Shown here: piece by piece, positions 17,806-27,296 of the stretch
Numbering within the stretch: the first letter of the stretch is position 1
How the letters are laid out: the number at the start of each line of letters is the position of its first letter
Source of the DNA: an uncultured Bifidobacterium sp.
Lineage (GTDB): Bacteria > Actinomycetota > Acidimicrobiia > Acidimicrobiales > Ilumatobacteraceae
Reading direction: 5' to 3'
NCBI GenBank assembly: GCA_964449085.1
Contig: CAYVAV010000005.1
Coordinates: 785 to 64,784, forward strand
Length of the DNA stretch: 64,000 bases
The notes under the pieces: model-generated
Told to the model about the DNA's origin: nothing
What the model saw: the letters and a program-made list of their open reading frames with translations, nothing else
Databases searched by the model: none
Program-made: the position numbers and the translations under genes

Positions 17806-18824
17806 TGCGCGCGATCGTCCTTGTGGGCGGTTTTGGCACACGCCTTCGTCCTCTCACACTGAGTATTCCTAAGCCTTTGTTGCCAGTCGCCAACGTGCGT
17901 CTCTTAGAGCACGTATTGGCTGGTCTCGGTGGTGCGGGTGTTGACGAAGCGGTACTTGCAATCGGATTCAAACCCGAACCATTTCTTGAGGCGTTTCCAG
18001 ACAACGTGTGTGCTGGAGTGTCATTGAAGTATGCGGTCGAACCACAACCGATGGATACTGCTGGCGCAATCGCATTCGCAGCTCGTCATGTTGGTATTGA
18101 TGAAACATTCATTGTTGTGAACGGCGACATCCTCACAGACATTGATTATCGGGCACTTGTTGATGTGCATCGACAAAAAGGTGCCGAGGGAACTATTCGT
18201 CTCATCACCGTTGACGATCCTTCGCAGTTTGGCGTAGTCGAAACCGATGACGACGGTTGGGTGCAGCGATTCGTGGAAAAACCACAGCCTCATGAATCAG
18301 ACAGTCGAAATGTGAACGCTGGTACTTATGTGCTTGAACCTTCAGTGTTATCTCGCATGCCAGAGAACCAGCCTCTGTCCATTGAACGTGTCGTATTTCC
18401 CGAGATGGTTCGCGATCATGCACTCTGTGCGGTCGTGATGAACGGCTACTGGATTGACACCGGTCGTCCGCAGACCTATTTGCAAGCCAATCTTGATCTC
18501 ATCGACGGCACGCGTGATCGCATCTTGGCTTCCGTCGCTCCACAGGCTCACATCGGAACGGGAGCAGTAGTTACCCACAGTGTGATTGGTGATCACGCAG
18601 TGATTGGTGATGGCGCAATCATTATTGACTCTGTGATTTTGCCTGGGGCTCACGTTGGAGCCCGTGCGCGAGTGGAAGAATCATTGGTGATGGGAAAAAT
18701 CGAAGACCGTGCATCCGTTTGCCGAGCAGTGATTGGCGCCGACGGTGTAGTTGCTGATGGGCAAGAGATCAGCGATTGCTCATTACCTGACCCGTCTACT
18801 CCCAATCAAATAAAGCAAGGGTGA
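17805..18824 (+). CDS. Mannose-1-phosphate guanylyltransferase-like NDP-sugar pyrophosphorylase
   Basis: The LVGGFGTRLRPLTLSIPKPLLPV signature plus a C-terminal left-handed beta-helix repeat region. Confidence 0.85.
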   Translation: MRAIVLVGGFGTRLRPLTLSIPKPLLPVANVRLLEHVLAGLGGAGVDEAVLAIGFKPEPFLEAFPDNVCAGVSLKYAVEPQPMDTAGAIAFAARHVGIDETFIVVNGDILTDIDYRALVDVHRQKGAEGTIRLITVDDPSQFGVVETDDDGWVQRFVEKPQPHESDSRNVNAGTYVLEPSVLSRMPENQPLSIERVVFPEMVRDHALCAVVMNGYWIDTGRPQTYLQANLDLIDGTRDRILASVAPQAHIGTGAVVTHSVIGDHAVIGDGAIIIDSVILPGAHVGARARVEESLVMGKIEDRASVCRAVIGADGVVADGQEISDCSLPDPSTPNQIKQG

Positions 18825-18837
18825 GGGATTAATAGGA

Positions 18838-19749
18838 ATGGCAACACGACGGATCATGGTGTGTGGGGGCGCCGGTTTTGTTGGTTCCCATCTCGTTGAT
18901 CGTTTGCTAGCTGAAGGCCATGAAGTCGACGTCGTGGACGATTTATCAAGTGGAAGTCTTGCGAATCTCGCTGACGCGCGCGCTGCAACTGGTCATTTCA
19001 AGTTTCAGCATCTTGCTGTGGGCGCTCGTGAGTTCACCGAATTGGTCTCGTTACGTCGACCAGAAGTGATCTTCAATTTGTCGGTACTTACTCCGTCGCA
19101 ATCACATCTTGCAGGCGCGATGACATCAATGGCTTCTGCCGTGGCAGTTCTCGAAGCAGCCCGGCTCTCAGGGGTCACCAAAGTTGTGACAACAGAACCG
19201 AGCACATTGTTGTACGGCGATGTTGCAGCTCGTGACATTCCGATCAAAGAAGGGCACTTGTCCGAACCTCGACTTGCTGGTGAAGTCGTTGCACGCGCAA
19301 TCTCCGACATGCACACGGTGTATCGCGAACTGCACGCCATCGAATTCACTGTGTTGGCTCTCGGCACTGTCTATGGACCTCGGCAACGCCCAGAAGACGG
19401 CGTCGTTGCGTCTTTTCTTCACGCTTTGGAAGAAGGGAAGGCCCCGATTATTCACGGATCAGGCAAGCAAACTCGTGATTTCATCTACATCGACGATGTG
19501 GTCGATGCACTCGTTCGATCAATAGATCGTGCCGGCGGTCTTGTAGTGAATGTCGGCACTGGGGAACAACTGTCGATTCGTGACTTGTGGTCAAAGATGG
19601 CGGGAGCGTCATCTCTCACACCTCATACGAGTAGTGCTCGACCCCACGACGTCACACGGCTTGCATTGTCACCTGTGCGCGCGCGTATCCAGCTCGGTTG
19701 GTCACCGTTCACTCCAATTGACCAAGGCCTCACACTGCTTCGTTCGTAA
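18838..19749 (+). CDS. Extended-SDR epimerase/dehydratase-like protein lacking the YxxxK catalytic motif
   Basis: GGAGFVGSHLVDRL Rossmann motif and a TVYGPRQ segment typical of NDP-sugar epimerases. A GAGGGA ribosome-binding site lies upstream. No Y-x-x-x-K occurs anywhere in the 303 aa. Confidence 0.75.
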   Translation: MATRRIMVCGGAGFVGSHLVDRLLAEGHEVDVVDDLSSGSLANLADARAATGHFKFQHLAVGAREFTELVSLRRPEVIFNLSVLTPSQSHLAGAMTSMASAVAVLEAARLSGVTKVVTTEPSTLLYGDVAARDIPIKEGHLSEPRLAGEVVARAISDMHTVYRELHAIEFTVLALGTVYGPRQRPEDGVVASFLHALEEGKAPIIHGSGKQTRDFIYIDDVVDALVRSIDRAGGLVVNVGTGEQLSIRDLWSKMAGASSLTPHTSSARPHDVTRLALSPVRARIQLGWSPFTPIDQGLTLLRS

Positions 19750-19766
19750 AAATATGTTTGTGGCAA

Positions 19767-20480
19767 TTAGCGGAAGAGATCATCTTGAGCAGACCGAATA
19801 AGTTCTTTCACTGAGGAGTCTCGCAACCATGCACCATCGATTCCACGAACGACTGCAACAGGAATACCGGTTGATTTGCCCATCACAAGTTCAGCTGCTG
19901 ATGCAATCTCGTCAGCAACTGCAACTTCAGTAACCGCCATCATGCGCCCGAGCGCGTCTTCTGTGCCTCGCAGATCAACGACACCCGCAATACCCGCCAC
20001 GCCGATGGCGATGTCAGTGAGACCATGTCGCCACGGTCGACCAAACGTGTCACTAATAACAACACCTACTGTCACACCCAACTTGCTCCGTACAATGTCT
20101 CTTATTCGGCGCGCAGACTTATCGCTATCGATTGGCAACAGAGCGGCATAACCATTTTCGACGTTCGAAAGATCCACACCGCTGTTTGCACAGATGAAAC
20201 CATGTCGAGTTTCGGTAATGATCAGATCGCCACGACGACGCACGATGCGTACGGCTTCTTCCTCGACCAACTTCTTATGCGAGAGCGGGTCATTGGGGTC
20301 GATCTCGACGAGTCGGTTCTCTGCTTTCGACACAATTTTTTGCGTCACCACTAGCACATCGCCGTCACATAGTGGGCCGTTCGGTGCGTTACGACACGCC
20401 TCAACAATGACATCTCCAACCTGATCACCAGGCGCCACTTCGCCGATTCCCTCAACGCCCCAGATTATGAGTCGGCTCAT
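19767..20480 (-). CDS. cofE: Coenzyme F420-0:L-glutamate ligase (CofE domain only)
   Basis: TQKIVSKAENR and GFICANSGVD motifs typical of CofE/FbiB N-terminal domains. 237 aa, immediately downstream of cofD with overlapping stop and start. Confidence 0.85.
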   Translation of the reverse strand: MSRLIIWGVEGIGEVAPGDQVGDVIVEACRNAPNGPLCDGDVLVVTQKIVSKAENRLVEIDPNDPLSHKKLVEEEAVRIVRRRGDLIITETRHGFICANSGVDLSNVENGYAALLPIDSDKSARRIRDIVRSKLGVTVGVVISDTFGRPWRHGLTDIAIGVAGIAGVVDLRGTEDALGRMMAVTEVAVADEIASAAELVMGKSTGIPVAVVRGIDGAWLRDSSVKELIRSAQDDLFR

Positions 20481-21445
20481 GGCGTAGTCGCTTTCAATGC
20501 CACGCGGGCGAGGTCAGCGGCAACGTCGGGAGACGACATGATGGTATTGGTAACCACGCATTTCATTCCTTCGCGTTCCACTTCTTCAGCAAGGTGAGCA
20601 TCAGCATTGTCAATGATGAGTGTTGAACACCAAGGTGCATACATTCGTGCGACACCAACAACGCTTGCATCGTGTCCGAGTTCGGTAAGCATTCGATCTG
20701 CCGGCCCCTTGAGAGCTGTGCCTGCAACTATTGGTGAGATTGCAACGACTGATTCGCGTCGATTTGTCAGTGTTTCGCGAACGAGCGGTAGCGATACGAT
20801 CGGACCAATTGACACGATGGGATTTGATGGTGCGACAATCACTGTGTCTGCATCAACTAGATTTTGCATTGCAATACATTGTGCTCTTGTTATGCCATCA
20901 AACTCAATCCGAGCAACAGGTAACTCATGACGATGTTGAACAAAATATTCCTGAAATGAGATTGTTTCACCTGGTTGTGTTGGAGAGTGCGACGCGAGAA
21001 CAACACGAGTTGAAACGCGATCATTTGTCATCGGGAGAATCGTTGCCTCGACCTGAAATGCACGACGTATTTCGTATGTGATTTCTTGAAGTGTCGCACC
21101 CTCTTGTAGTCGCGCAGTTCGATACATGTGCGTTGCGAGATCTGCATCGCCGAGGTTGAACCACGTGGTGCCGGCAGAGGAAGACTGTGGTCGAACATCA
21201 GCAAAACGTTGGAGTGCTGACATTGCTCGCCACGTTTCACCGCTCAGTCCCCATCCTTTTTCTTGATCAATCGAGTTGCTCAAGGTGTAGATGACCGTGT
21301 CGATGTCGGGGGAGATGTGAAGTCCGTGTAATTGTGTGTCATCGCCGGTATTCACAACAATTGACACATCACTGGGGGAGACTGCGCGAATAAGTCCGCG
21401 GGCGAATCGCGCGGCCCCAACTCCACCTGCAAGCACCGCAATCAT
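20477..21445 (-). CDS. cofD: 2-phospho-L-lactate transferase (CofD/FbiA)
   Basis: MIAVLAGGVGAARFARGL start and a CofD-like body. Start set at ATG 21445, because the ORF's 42 upstream codons would overlap gmd. TAGCCT lies 7 nt upstream. Confidence 0.85.
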   Translation of the reverse strand: MIAVLAGGVGAARFARGLIRAVSPSDVSIVVNTGDDTQLHGLHISPDIDTVIYTLSNSIDQEKGWGLSGETWRAMSALQRFADVRPQSSSAGTTWFNLGDADLATHMYRTARLQEGATLQEITYEIRRAFQVEATILPMTNDRVSTRVVLASHSPTQPGETISFQEYFVQHRHELPVARIEFDGITRAQCIAMQNLVDADTVIVAPSNPIVSIGPIVSLPLVRETLTNRRESVVAISPIVAGTALKGPADRMLTELGHDASVVGVARMYAPWCSTLIIDNADAHLAEEVEREGMKCVVTNTIMSSPDVAADLARVALKATTP

Positions 21446-21569
21446 TGCAATCAGGCTAGGGCACGGCGTCTCAAGAACTCTGAGAGAAGAACTATGAGAT
21501 AGGTACGCCTCGTTCCACAATCGCGGTGGTACGGTTTTCATCTGCAATCGCCCACACACGAGGTTGTTC

Positions 21570-22553
21570 ATGCCCCGCGCGCTTATTACTGGAATTACTG
21601 GCCAAGACGGTCAACATCTCGCTGAGTTTCTCCATGCTCAGGGCTACGAGGTGTATGGCATGTGGAAGGGTCAAAACAATCCCCGAGCGCAACAAATCGC
21701 ACTTGAGATGCCGTATGTGAAGCTCTTATCCGGCGATCTTGCGGATCTTCGTAGCCTAGTCACCGCTGTTGAACAGGCTCAGCCAGATGAGGTGTACAAC
21801 CTTGGTGCCATCTCGTTTGTGGCAATTTCGTTTGGCATGGCTGAACTCACATCAAACATCACCGGTGTAGGTGTTTTGCGGATGCTTGAGGCAGTGCGAA
21901 TGGTGGGCGGTACTCAGAACAATCCGATCCGTTTCTACCAAGCGTCGTCGTCTGAGATGTATGGACAGGTACGTGAAACCCCACAAACAGAGATGACTCC
22001 GTTTCATCCACGCTCTCCGTACGGTTGTGCAAAAGTTTTTGGCCATCACATCACTGTGAATTATCGCGAGAGCTACGACATGTTCGCATGCTCTGGGATC
22101 TTGTTCAACCACGAAGGACCACGTCGCGGCATGGAGTTTGTCACCCGCAAGATTTCGAATGCTGTTGCTCGTATCAAGTTGGGCTTGCAAGACGAACTTG
22201 TATTGGGCAATCTCGATGCGAAGCGCGACTGGGGCTACGCGGGTGACTACGTTCGCGCAATGTGGCTGATGTTGCAGCAAGAACAAGCCGATGATTACGT
22301 CATCGCTACTGGCGAGACGCATTCAGTTGAAGAATTTCTTGAGGTGGCTTTTGCAGAAGCGGGATTGCCAGATTGGCGGCGTTACGTGCGTCAGGATCCG
22401 AAGTATTTCCGGCCGGCTGAAGTGGATTATTTGATTGGTGATGCTTCTAAGGCTCGCGAGAAGTTGGGTTGGAAACCAGAAGTGGATTTCCCATCATTAG
22501 TAAAGATGATGGTGCAACACGATCTGCAACTTGAGTCAGCGCGAGCGAAGTGA
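21570..22553 (+). CDS. gmd: GDP-mannose 4,6-dehydratase
   Basis: [27 protein letters not shown] (YxxxK) and NHEGPRRG motifs. An AGG Shine-Dalgarno sits 6 nt upstream of ATG 21570. Confidence 0.92.
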   Translation: MPRALITGITGQDGQHLAEFLHAQGYEVYGMWKGQNNPRAQQIALEMPYVKLLSGDLADLRSLVTAVEQAQPDEVYNLGAISFVAISFGMAELTSNITGVGVLRMLEAVRMVGGTQNNPIRFYQASSSEMYGQVRETPQTEMTPFHPRSPYGCAKVFGHHITVNYRESYDMFACSGILFNHEGPRRGMEFVTRKISNAVARIKLGLQDELVLGNLDAKRDWGYAGDYVRAMWLMLQQEQADDYVIATGETHSVEEFLEVAFAEAGLPDWRRYVRQDPKYFRPAEVDYLIGDASKAREKLGWKPEVDFPSLVKMMVQHDLQLESARAK

Positions 22554-22642
22554 CACGGCGCGAGCGCGCATTAGTACAGTCAGCGCGAGCGAAGTGACAC
22601 GGCGCGAGCGCGCATTAGTACAGTCAGCGCGAGCGAAGTGAC
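22536..22642. repeat. Perfect 44-bp tandem repeat, 2 full copies plus a 19-nt partial copy
   Basis: TCAGCGCGAGCGAAGTGACACGGCGCGAGCGCGCATTAGTACAG occurs at 22536-22579 and identically at 22580-22623, with its first 19 nt again at 22624-22642. Copy 1 contains the last 5 codons and the TGA of gmd. Confidence 0.95.
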
Positions 22643-22645
22643 GAT

Positions 22646-23971
22646 TTAGTTTTCGAGTGGCGATTCCAACACGCCATCAATCATTGATTCAACATCGGGA
22701 GTTGCGCCCGCTGCTATCCGACTGCGTAATGACAGCAAGAACACAATGAACGACAACGTAGTGCCAACGATCAGTCCCAACTCAACTCGCAAATAGAGAT
22801 CATCACTGGCAGTAGCGGTGACGATCACAAAACTTGCCATACCAGTGACCCATCCGAGTGCGACTAGTCGGTGTCCTTGCAGTGCAATCACCGCTTGTGA
22901 GGTTGCAAGTGCCAGCATGAAAATGGCACTTGATGCAGCGAGCATTGTCAGCGTGCTGCGATCAAGCCCGCCGTCATACACCACATCAAGGACTGCAGGT
23001 CCAACAGCAAAAGATCCGATTACTCCAATTGCACCAACTCCGACAACCACAACCATTAGTCGGCGCAGTCCTTCACGAAACTCTCGCAAATCACCTTGTG
23101 CTGCTAATCGTGCAAGTCGAGGAAGCAATGCTGCTTGCACTGCTTGAAACAAAAACAATGGGACTCGTGACAACAGTACGCCGTTGCCAAACGCGGTGAC
23201 TTTTGCAGCTTCTGATGAGCTGGCCAGGATGTTGACGCCCAGAGGTCCAGCGTTAACGAGTGCAGCCGACATGATGGAACCAATCAACAACCATCCAAGA
23301 TTGGGAGTCACCTCTGAGTACGACGATGGTGGACCAGGATCAGTGTGTAGTCCACCACGCGCGCCAACGATGAGAACACCAACGATTGGAGAAGCAGCGA
23401 CTGTGAGTGCGTACGCACCAACGTTGTCGACACCCATCAACCACAAAATTGTGCATGCGACGATGCGAATGAATCCGTCAAGACCGAGAATGATGCCGTA
23501 CGCACTAAATCGTGCAGAGCCCGATGCGATGCCTCGTGACAAGTGAGTAGGGGCGTAACACACGAAGGCGAGAATCATTGCTGCGGTGACGACGCCGTAG
23601 CCTTCGAAGAAATCATTCGTTAGCCATGGAGCTACTGCCAAGACTCCTGTTGACAAAATGATCGTGATCCCCACCGTCAATGGCATGATTTTCATGACAA
23701 CGGGTCGACCACCTTGGCCGAGTGCACGTCGATGAGCGAGTGCACGACCAACCTCTTGTTCTACGGGAAGAAAAAAACCTGGAACGAAGACAAACGTTGT
23801 GAACCACAAAGCAACGATTGGTTTGAAATCTTCTTTACCCAGTGCTTGTTGGCCTACTTTGAAAAATGCATAACTCGAAATTCCGGCAATGATCAGCCCC
23901 ACAGCGACCGGCAATGTGCCTTCTGGAAGTGGGGCCCGCGAAGTCGAGGGAGTAGCGGACGCATCAGACAC
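22646..23971 (-). CDS. Polysaccharide flippase-like polytopic membrane protein (MOP/Wzx-like)
   Basis: 441 aa, with about 12 or more hydrophobic segments, inside a glycosyltransferase cluster. The family call rests on topology and context only. Confidence 0.6.
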   Translation of the reverse strand: MSDASATPSTSRAPLPEGTLPVAVGLIIAGISSYAFFKVGQQALGKEDFKPIVALWFTTFVFVPGFFLPVEQEVGRALAHRRALGQGGRPVVMKIMPLTVGITIILSTGVLAVAPWLTNDFFEGYGVVTAAMILAFVCYAPTHLSRGIASGSARFSAYGIILGLDGFIRIVACTILWLMGVDNVGAYALTVAASPIVGVLIVGARGGLHTDPGPPSSYSEVTPNLGWLLIGSIMSAALVNAGPLGVNILASSSEAAKVTAFGNGVLLSRVPLFLFQAVQAALLPRLARLAAQGDLREFREGLRRLMVVVVGVGAIGVIGSFAVGPAVLDVVYDGGLDRSTLTMLAASSAIFMLALATSQAVIALQGHRLVALGWVTGMASFVIVTATASDDLYLRVELGLIVGTTLSFIVFLLSLRSRIAAGATPDVESMIDGVLESPLEN

Positions 23972-24092
23972 TGGATGTCAGGCTAGTTCTGGAGCGTTAC
24001 ACAGACGAGAATCGCGAGGCGAAATCCCCAAAAACTGTGTCATACACAACTGACGGCTGTGTGCGTATGTGTCCCACTAGCCTCGATACAGC

Positions 24093-27000
24093 GTGTCTGA
24101 CAGTATTTCCAGCCCTAGCGTTCCGGCCGTTGTTGCCACTTGTGTGGTACACACGCCAGGAGAGTGGTTTGTCGACACCTTGTCGTCGTTGCGCGACCAG
24201 GACTATCCACAACTTCAAACACTCTTTCTTGTATCGGGCTCCGAATCTGATGATCGGTCACAGTGGATAGTCGACCAAATTGGCACCTATCTCCCGAACG
24301 CTGTGGTGCGTTTTCTTGGTGCGAACACCGGTTACGGAGCTGCCTGTAACTCGGTACTCAATCTCGTTGAGGGTTCCAGTGGATTCTTTCTTTTTCTGCA
24401 TGATGACACCGCTCTTTACCCGGACGCAGTTTCACGATTGGTCGAAGAGTTGTATCGCTCAAATGCGGGGATGGTGGGACCGAAGTTGGTGGAGTGGGAG
24501 GACCCACAAGTTATTCACGATGTCGGAACTGCAATTGATCGATTTGGTGAACGCGCACCGTATGCGGAGCCCGGGGAAAAAGATCAGGAACAACACGATC
24601 ACGTACAAGACGTGTTTGTTCTCAACACCGCCGCACTCCTGATTCGCGCAGACCTGTTCCGTGTCATTGGGGGATTTCGTCCAGAGTTGACCCTCGTTGG
24701 TGACGATGTGGATCTCTGCTGGCGAGTCCACACAACTGGCGCACGAGTAGTGATTGTTCCATCTGCAGTTGCGCGGCATCGAGGTTCACTATCGGAGCGC
24801 GTTCCACCCGATGTAATCGCGGACCTTCCGATGGAGGCGGAGCGCGAACGTATACGCACTGTCGCATCTATGACATCACTTACGTACTTGCCACTCGTCC
24901 TGCTGCAATTGGTGCTCTTCAATATCGCTCAGTCGATTGTGGCTTTGGTGAGTGGACATCCACGGCGCGGTCTACATATATTGCGAGCACTTGCTGCCTT
25001 GCCTTTGTCTGTTAGCACGATTGCGAAGCGGCGTCGGGAAGTGTCGTCATATCGAAATGTTCGCGAAAGTGAAGTTCGTGCACTGCAGATGCGCGGCAGC
25101 GCAAGAATCAATGCTTACCTTCGTCGCAGGGCACGTGTTGCCGGTTTAGCGGACGCGCAATACAGCGAAGCAACTGGCGATGTTCAGGTTTCGCGCCGTC
25201 CCGTTACCATTTTGTGGGTTGTATTGGTAGTACTTCTCGCGGTTGGCGCGCGATCACTGTTCATGAACGGCGTTTCAAGTGTTGGTCAGTTTGTGCATTT
25301 TGGTGCGGGTGCTCGAGATATTTTTGCGTCCTTCACGTCGGGTTGGTGGAGTGCTGGATTCGGTCATGAGATTGCTTCACCAACAGGCATGGCACTTGTG
25401 TCGATCGCTTCGGTTACAACATTGGGCAAGATGGAGCTGCTGCGCACGGTTCTGGTCATTGGTTTGCCACTCATTGGCTATCTCGGGGCATGGCGTTTTG
25501 CGTCAGTGTTTTTAGTCCGCAGTGGACGCATTGCAGCGACAGCGATGTATGCATCTGTTCCGTTGCCGTACGCAGCGATTGCATCGGGGCGATGGGGCGC
25601 GCTGACAACGTATGCATTCTTACCGTGGGCGGCACATCTTCTTCGAATTCTTGTTGGACATGTGACCATCAATGTGGCATCAGCCAGCAATGACGAAGAC
25701 GTTTTTGTTGACGCGTCTTCGCGAGTATTTCGCAGAACGGTCGCACAATTTGTTCTCGTTCTCGCAATCGCTACGGCATTTGAACCGGGCTTCGTATTGG
25801 TGATTCTTGGGCTCGGATTGACATGGGCTCTCACCACCTTTTTTCACGGCGCACCAGTTGCACGCTCAATGCGCTGGTTCACGATTGCTATTGGCGCAAT
25901 CATTGCGGTGATAGTGATTCAATTGCCATGGTCTACAACGTTCATTCGTAGTGATTGGTGGAACGTTCTCACTGGGGTCGGTGTCGAAGGAGGACAAGAC
26001 CTCGGGCTTTGGCGAATATTGCGCTTTGATGTTGGCAACGTGGTGCTCTCTAGTGTCGCCGTGCTGCTGTTTGTTCCTGTCGCCGTGTCAGTGGTGATCG
26101 TGCGTGGAGCGCGAGTCGGCTGGGCACTACGAGGAGCGCTCCTTGTCGTGGCGACGATCATCGCGGTCATGCTGGATGATCGTCAATTGCTCCCTGGCCA
26201 TCTTCCCGAACCGGGTGTTGTTCTCGCACTTGCAGCGTTTGGTATGTCTGTGTGTGCAGGTGCCGTTGGTGCGGGATTGTCATTAGATGTTCTCCGCGGA
26301 CGCTTGAGTTGGCGACAGCCACTTGGTGTTCTGGCGTCCGTCGCATTCATTGTTGGAATGGTGCCTGCCGCATTGAACACAATTGATGGACGTTTCAATC
26401 AAATAGAGACATCGCTGACTGAATCATTGAAGACTTTGCCCGATGCAACACAAGATGGTCAGTATCGAACCCTGTATCTCGGCGATCCCCGAGTCGTTCC
26501 CGCTTCTCCAACCAATCTTGGATGGGGCATTGCCTATTCGGTAACAACCGGAGTTGAACCGCGCCTTGAAGATGGTTGGGAGCCATCGCGAACACGTGCG
26601 ACAGATCAATTGGAAGTTGCACTGCGAGGAATAGTGCGTGGGCAAACCGCTCGTGCAGGTCGATTGCTCGCACCGCTTGCCGTGCGTTATGTCATTGTTC
26701 CAATCATTGACGGAGCCGCATCAACGCGTGACGATCTGATCGAACCTCCCACAGGTCTCGTAAGTGCGTTGAGCGATCAACTAGATCTTCGACGTCGGTA
26801 CTCCTCGCCTGATGTAGTGATTTTTGAAAACGCCGCATGGATACCGACGCGATCACTTTTAACCGAAGCGGGTGCGATTGCGAGCAGGTCCGCTGGAACT
26901 TCGGAAGTCATTGCGGCCGACATCACCGGAGCCACACCGTTTCTGCAAACCGAATACGACCATCAAATCGCCTCCGGTGATGCACCAGTGGGCACATTCC

Positions 27001-27296
27001 ACTTATCAGTTCCATATTCCGCGAGTTGGTCGTTGATGACATCAGAAGGGGAGATTGTTGCGCGCCCCGCGTTCGGTGTAACAAACGCGTACGACGTTCC
27101 TGTTGCTGGTCCCGTGTCGCTTGAGTTCTCCACTAGTGCTGTTCACCGATTCGCCGTTGGTTTTCAGATTGTTTTGTGGGTAACTGTGATTGCATTTGCA
27201 GTTGTCCGGCGACCACGTCGGTTTGCGTCGGGTCGTACCACGCAATACTCACAAGACACAGCGATCGTGATGGATGAAAATAGAGGACAAGTGTGA
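24093..27296 (+). CDS. Glycosyltransferase family 2 domain fused to a very large polytopic membrane domain (1067 aa)
   Basis: N-terminal GT-A features (VVATCVVH..., FLFLHDDT DxD-like region), followed by many TM segments and a C-terminal soluble region. GTG start. Confidence 0.8.
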   Translation: MSDSISSPSVPAVVATCVVHTPGEWFVDTLSSLRDQDYPQLQTLFLVSGSESDDRSQWIVDQIGTYLPNAVVRFLGANTGYGAACNSVLNLVEGSSGFFLFLHDDTALYPDAVSRLVEELYRSNAGMVGPKLVEWEDPQVIHDVGTAIDRFGERAPYAEPGEKDQEQHDHVQDVFVLNTAALLIRADLFRVIGGFRPELTLVGDDVDLCWRVHTTGARVVIVPSAVARHRGSLSERVPPDVIADLPMEAERERIRTVASMTSLTYLPLVLLQLVLFNIAQSIVALVSGHPRRGLHILRALAALPLSVSTIAKRRREVSSYRNVRESEVRALQMRGSARINAYLRRRARVAGLADAQYSEATGDVQVSRRPVTILWVVLVVLLAVGARSLFMNGVSSVGQFVHFGAGARDIFASFTSGWWSAGFGHEIASPTGMALVSIASVTTLGKMELLRTVLVIGLPLIGYLGAWRFASVFLVRSGRIAATAMYASVPLPYAAIASGRWGALTTYAFLPWAAHLLRILVGHVTINVASASNDEDVFVDASSRVFRRTVAQFVLVLAIATAFEPGFVLVILGLGLTWALTTFFHGAPVARSMRWFTIAIGAIIAVIVIQLPWSTTFIRSDWWNVLTGVGVEGGQDLGLWRILRFDVGNVVLSSVAVLLFVPVAVSVVIVRGARVGWALRGALLVVATIIAVMLDDRQLLPGHLPEPGVVLALAAFGMSVCAGAVGAGLSLDVLRGRLSWRQPLGVLASVAFIVGMVPAALNTIDGRFNQIETSLTESLKTLPDATQDGQYRTLYLGDPRVVPASPTNLGWGIAYSVTTGVEPRLEDGWEPSRTRATDQLEVALRGIVRGQTARAGRLLAPLAVRYVIVPIIDGAASTRDDLIEPPTGLVSALSDQLDLRRRYSSPDVVIFENAAWIPTRSLLTEAGAIASRSAGTSEVIAADITGATPFLQTEYDHQIASGDAPVGTFHLSVPYSASWSLMTSEGEIVARPAFGVTNAYDVPVAGPVSLEFSTSAVHRFAVGFQIVLWVTVIAFAVVRRPRRFASGRTTQYSQDTAIVMDENRGQV

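Noticed and set aside
21446-21571. A 42-codon upstream extension of cofD.
   Set aside because: It would overlap the gmd start region. The conserved CofD N-terminus (MIAVLAGGVGAARF) begins at 21445.
22536-22642. The tandem repeat as a possible CRISPR array.
   Set aside because: There are only 2.4 directly abutting copies with no spacers, no cas genes in the window, and the repeat overlaps a coding 3' end.
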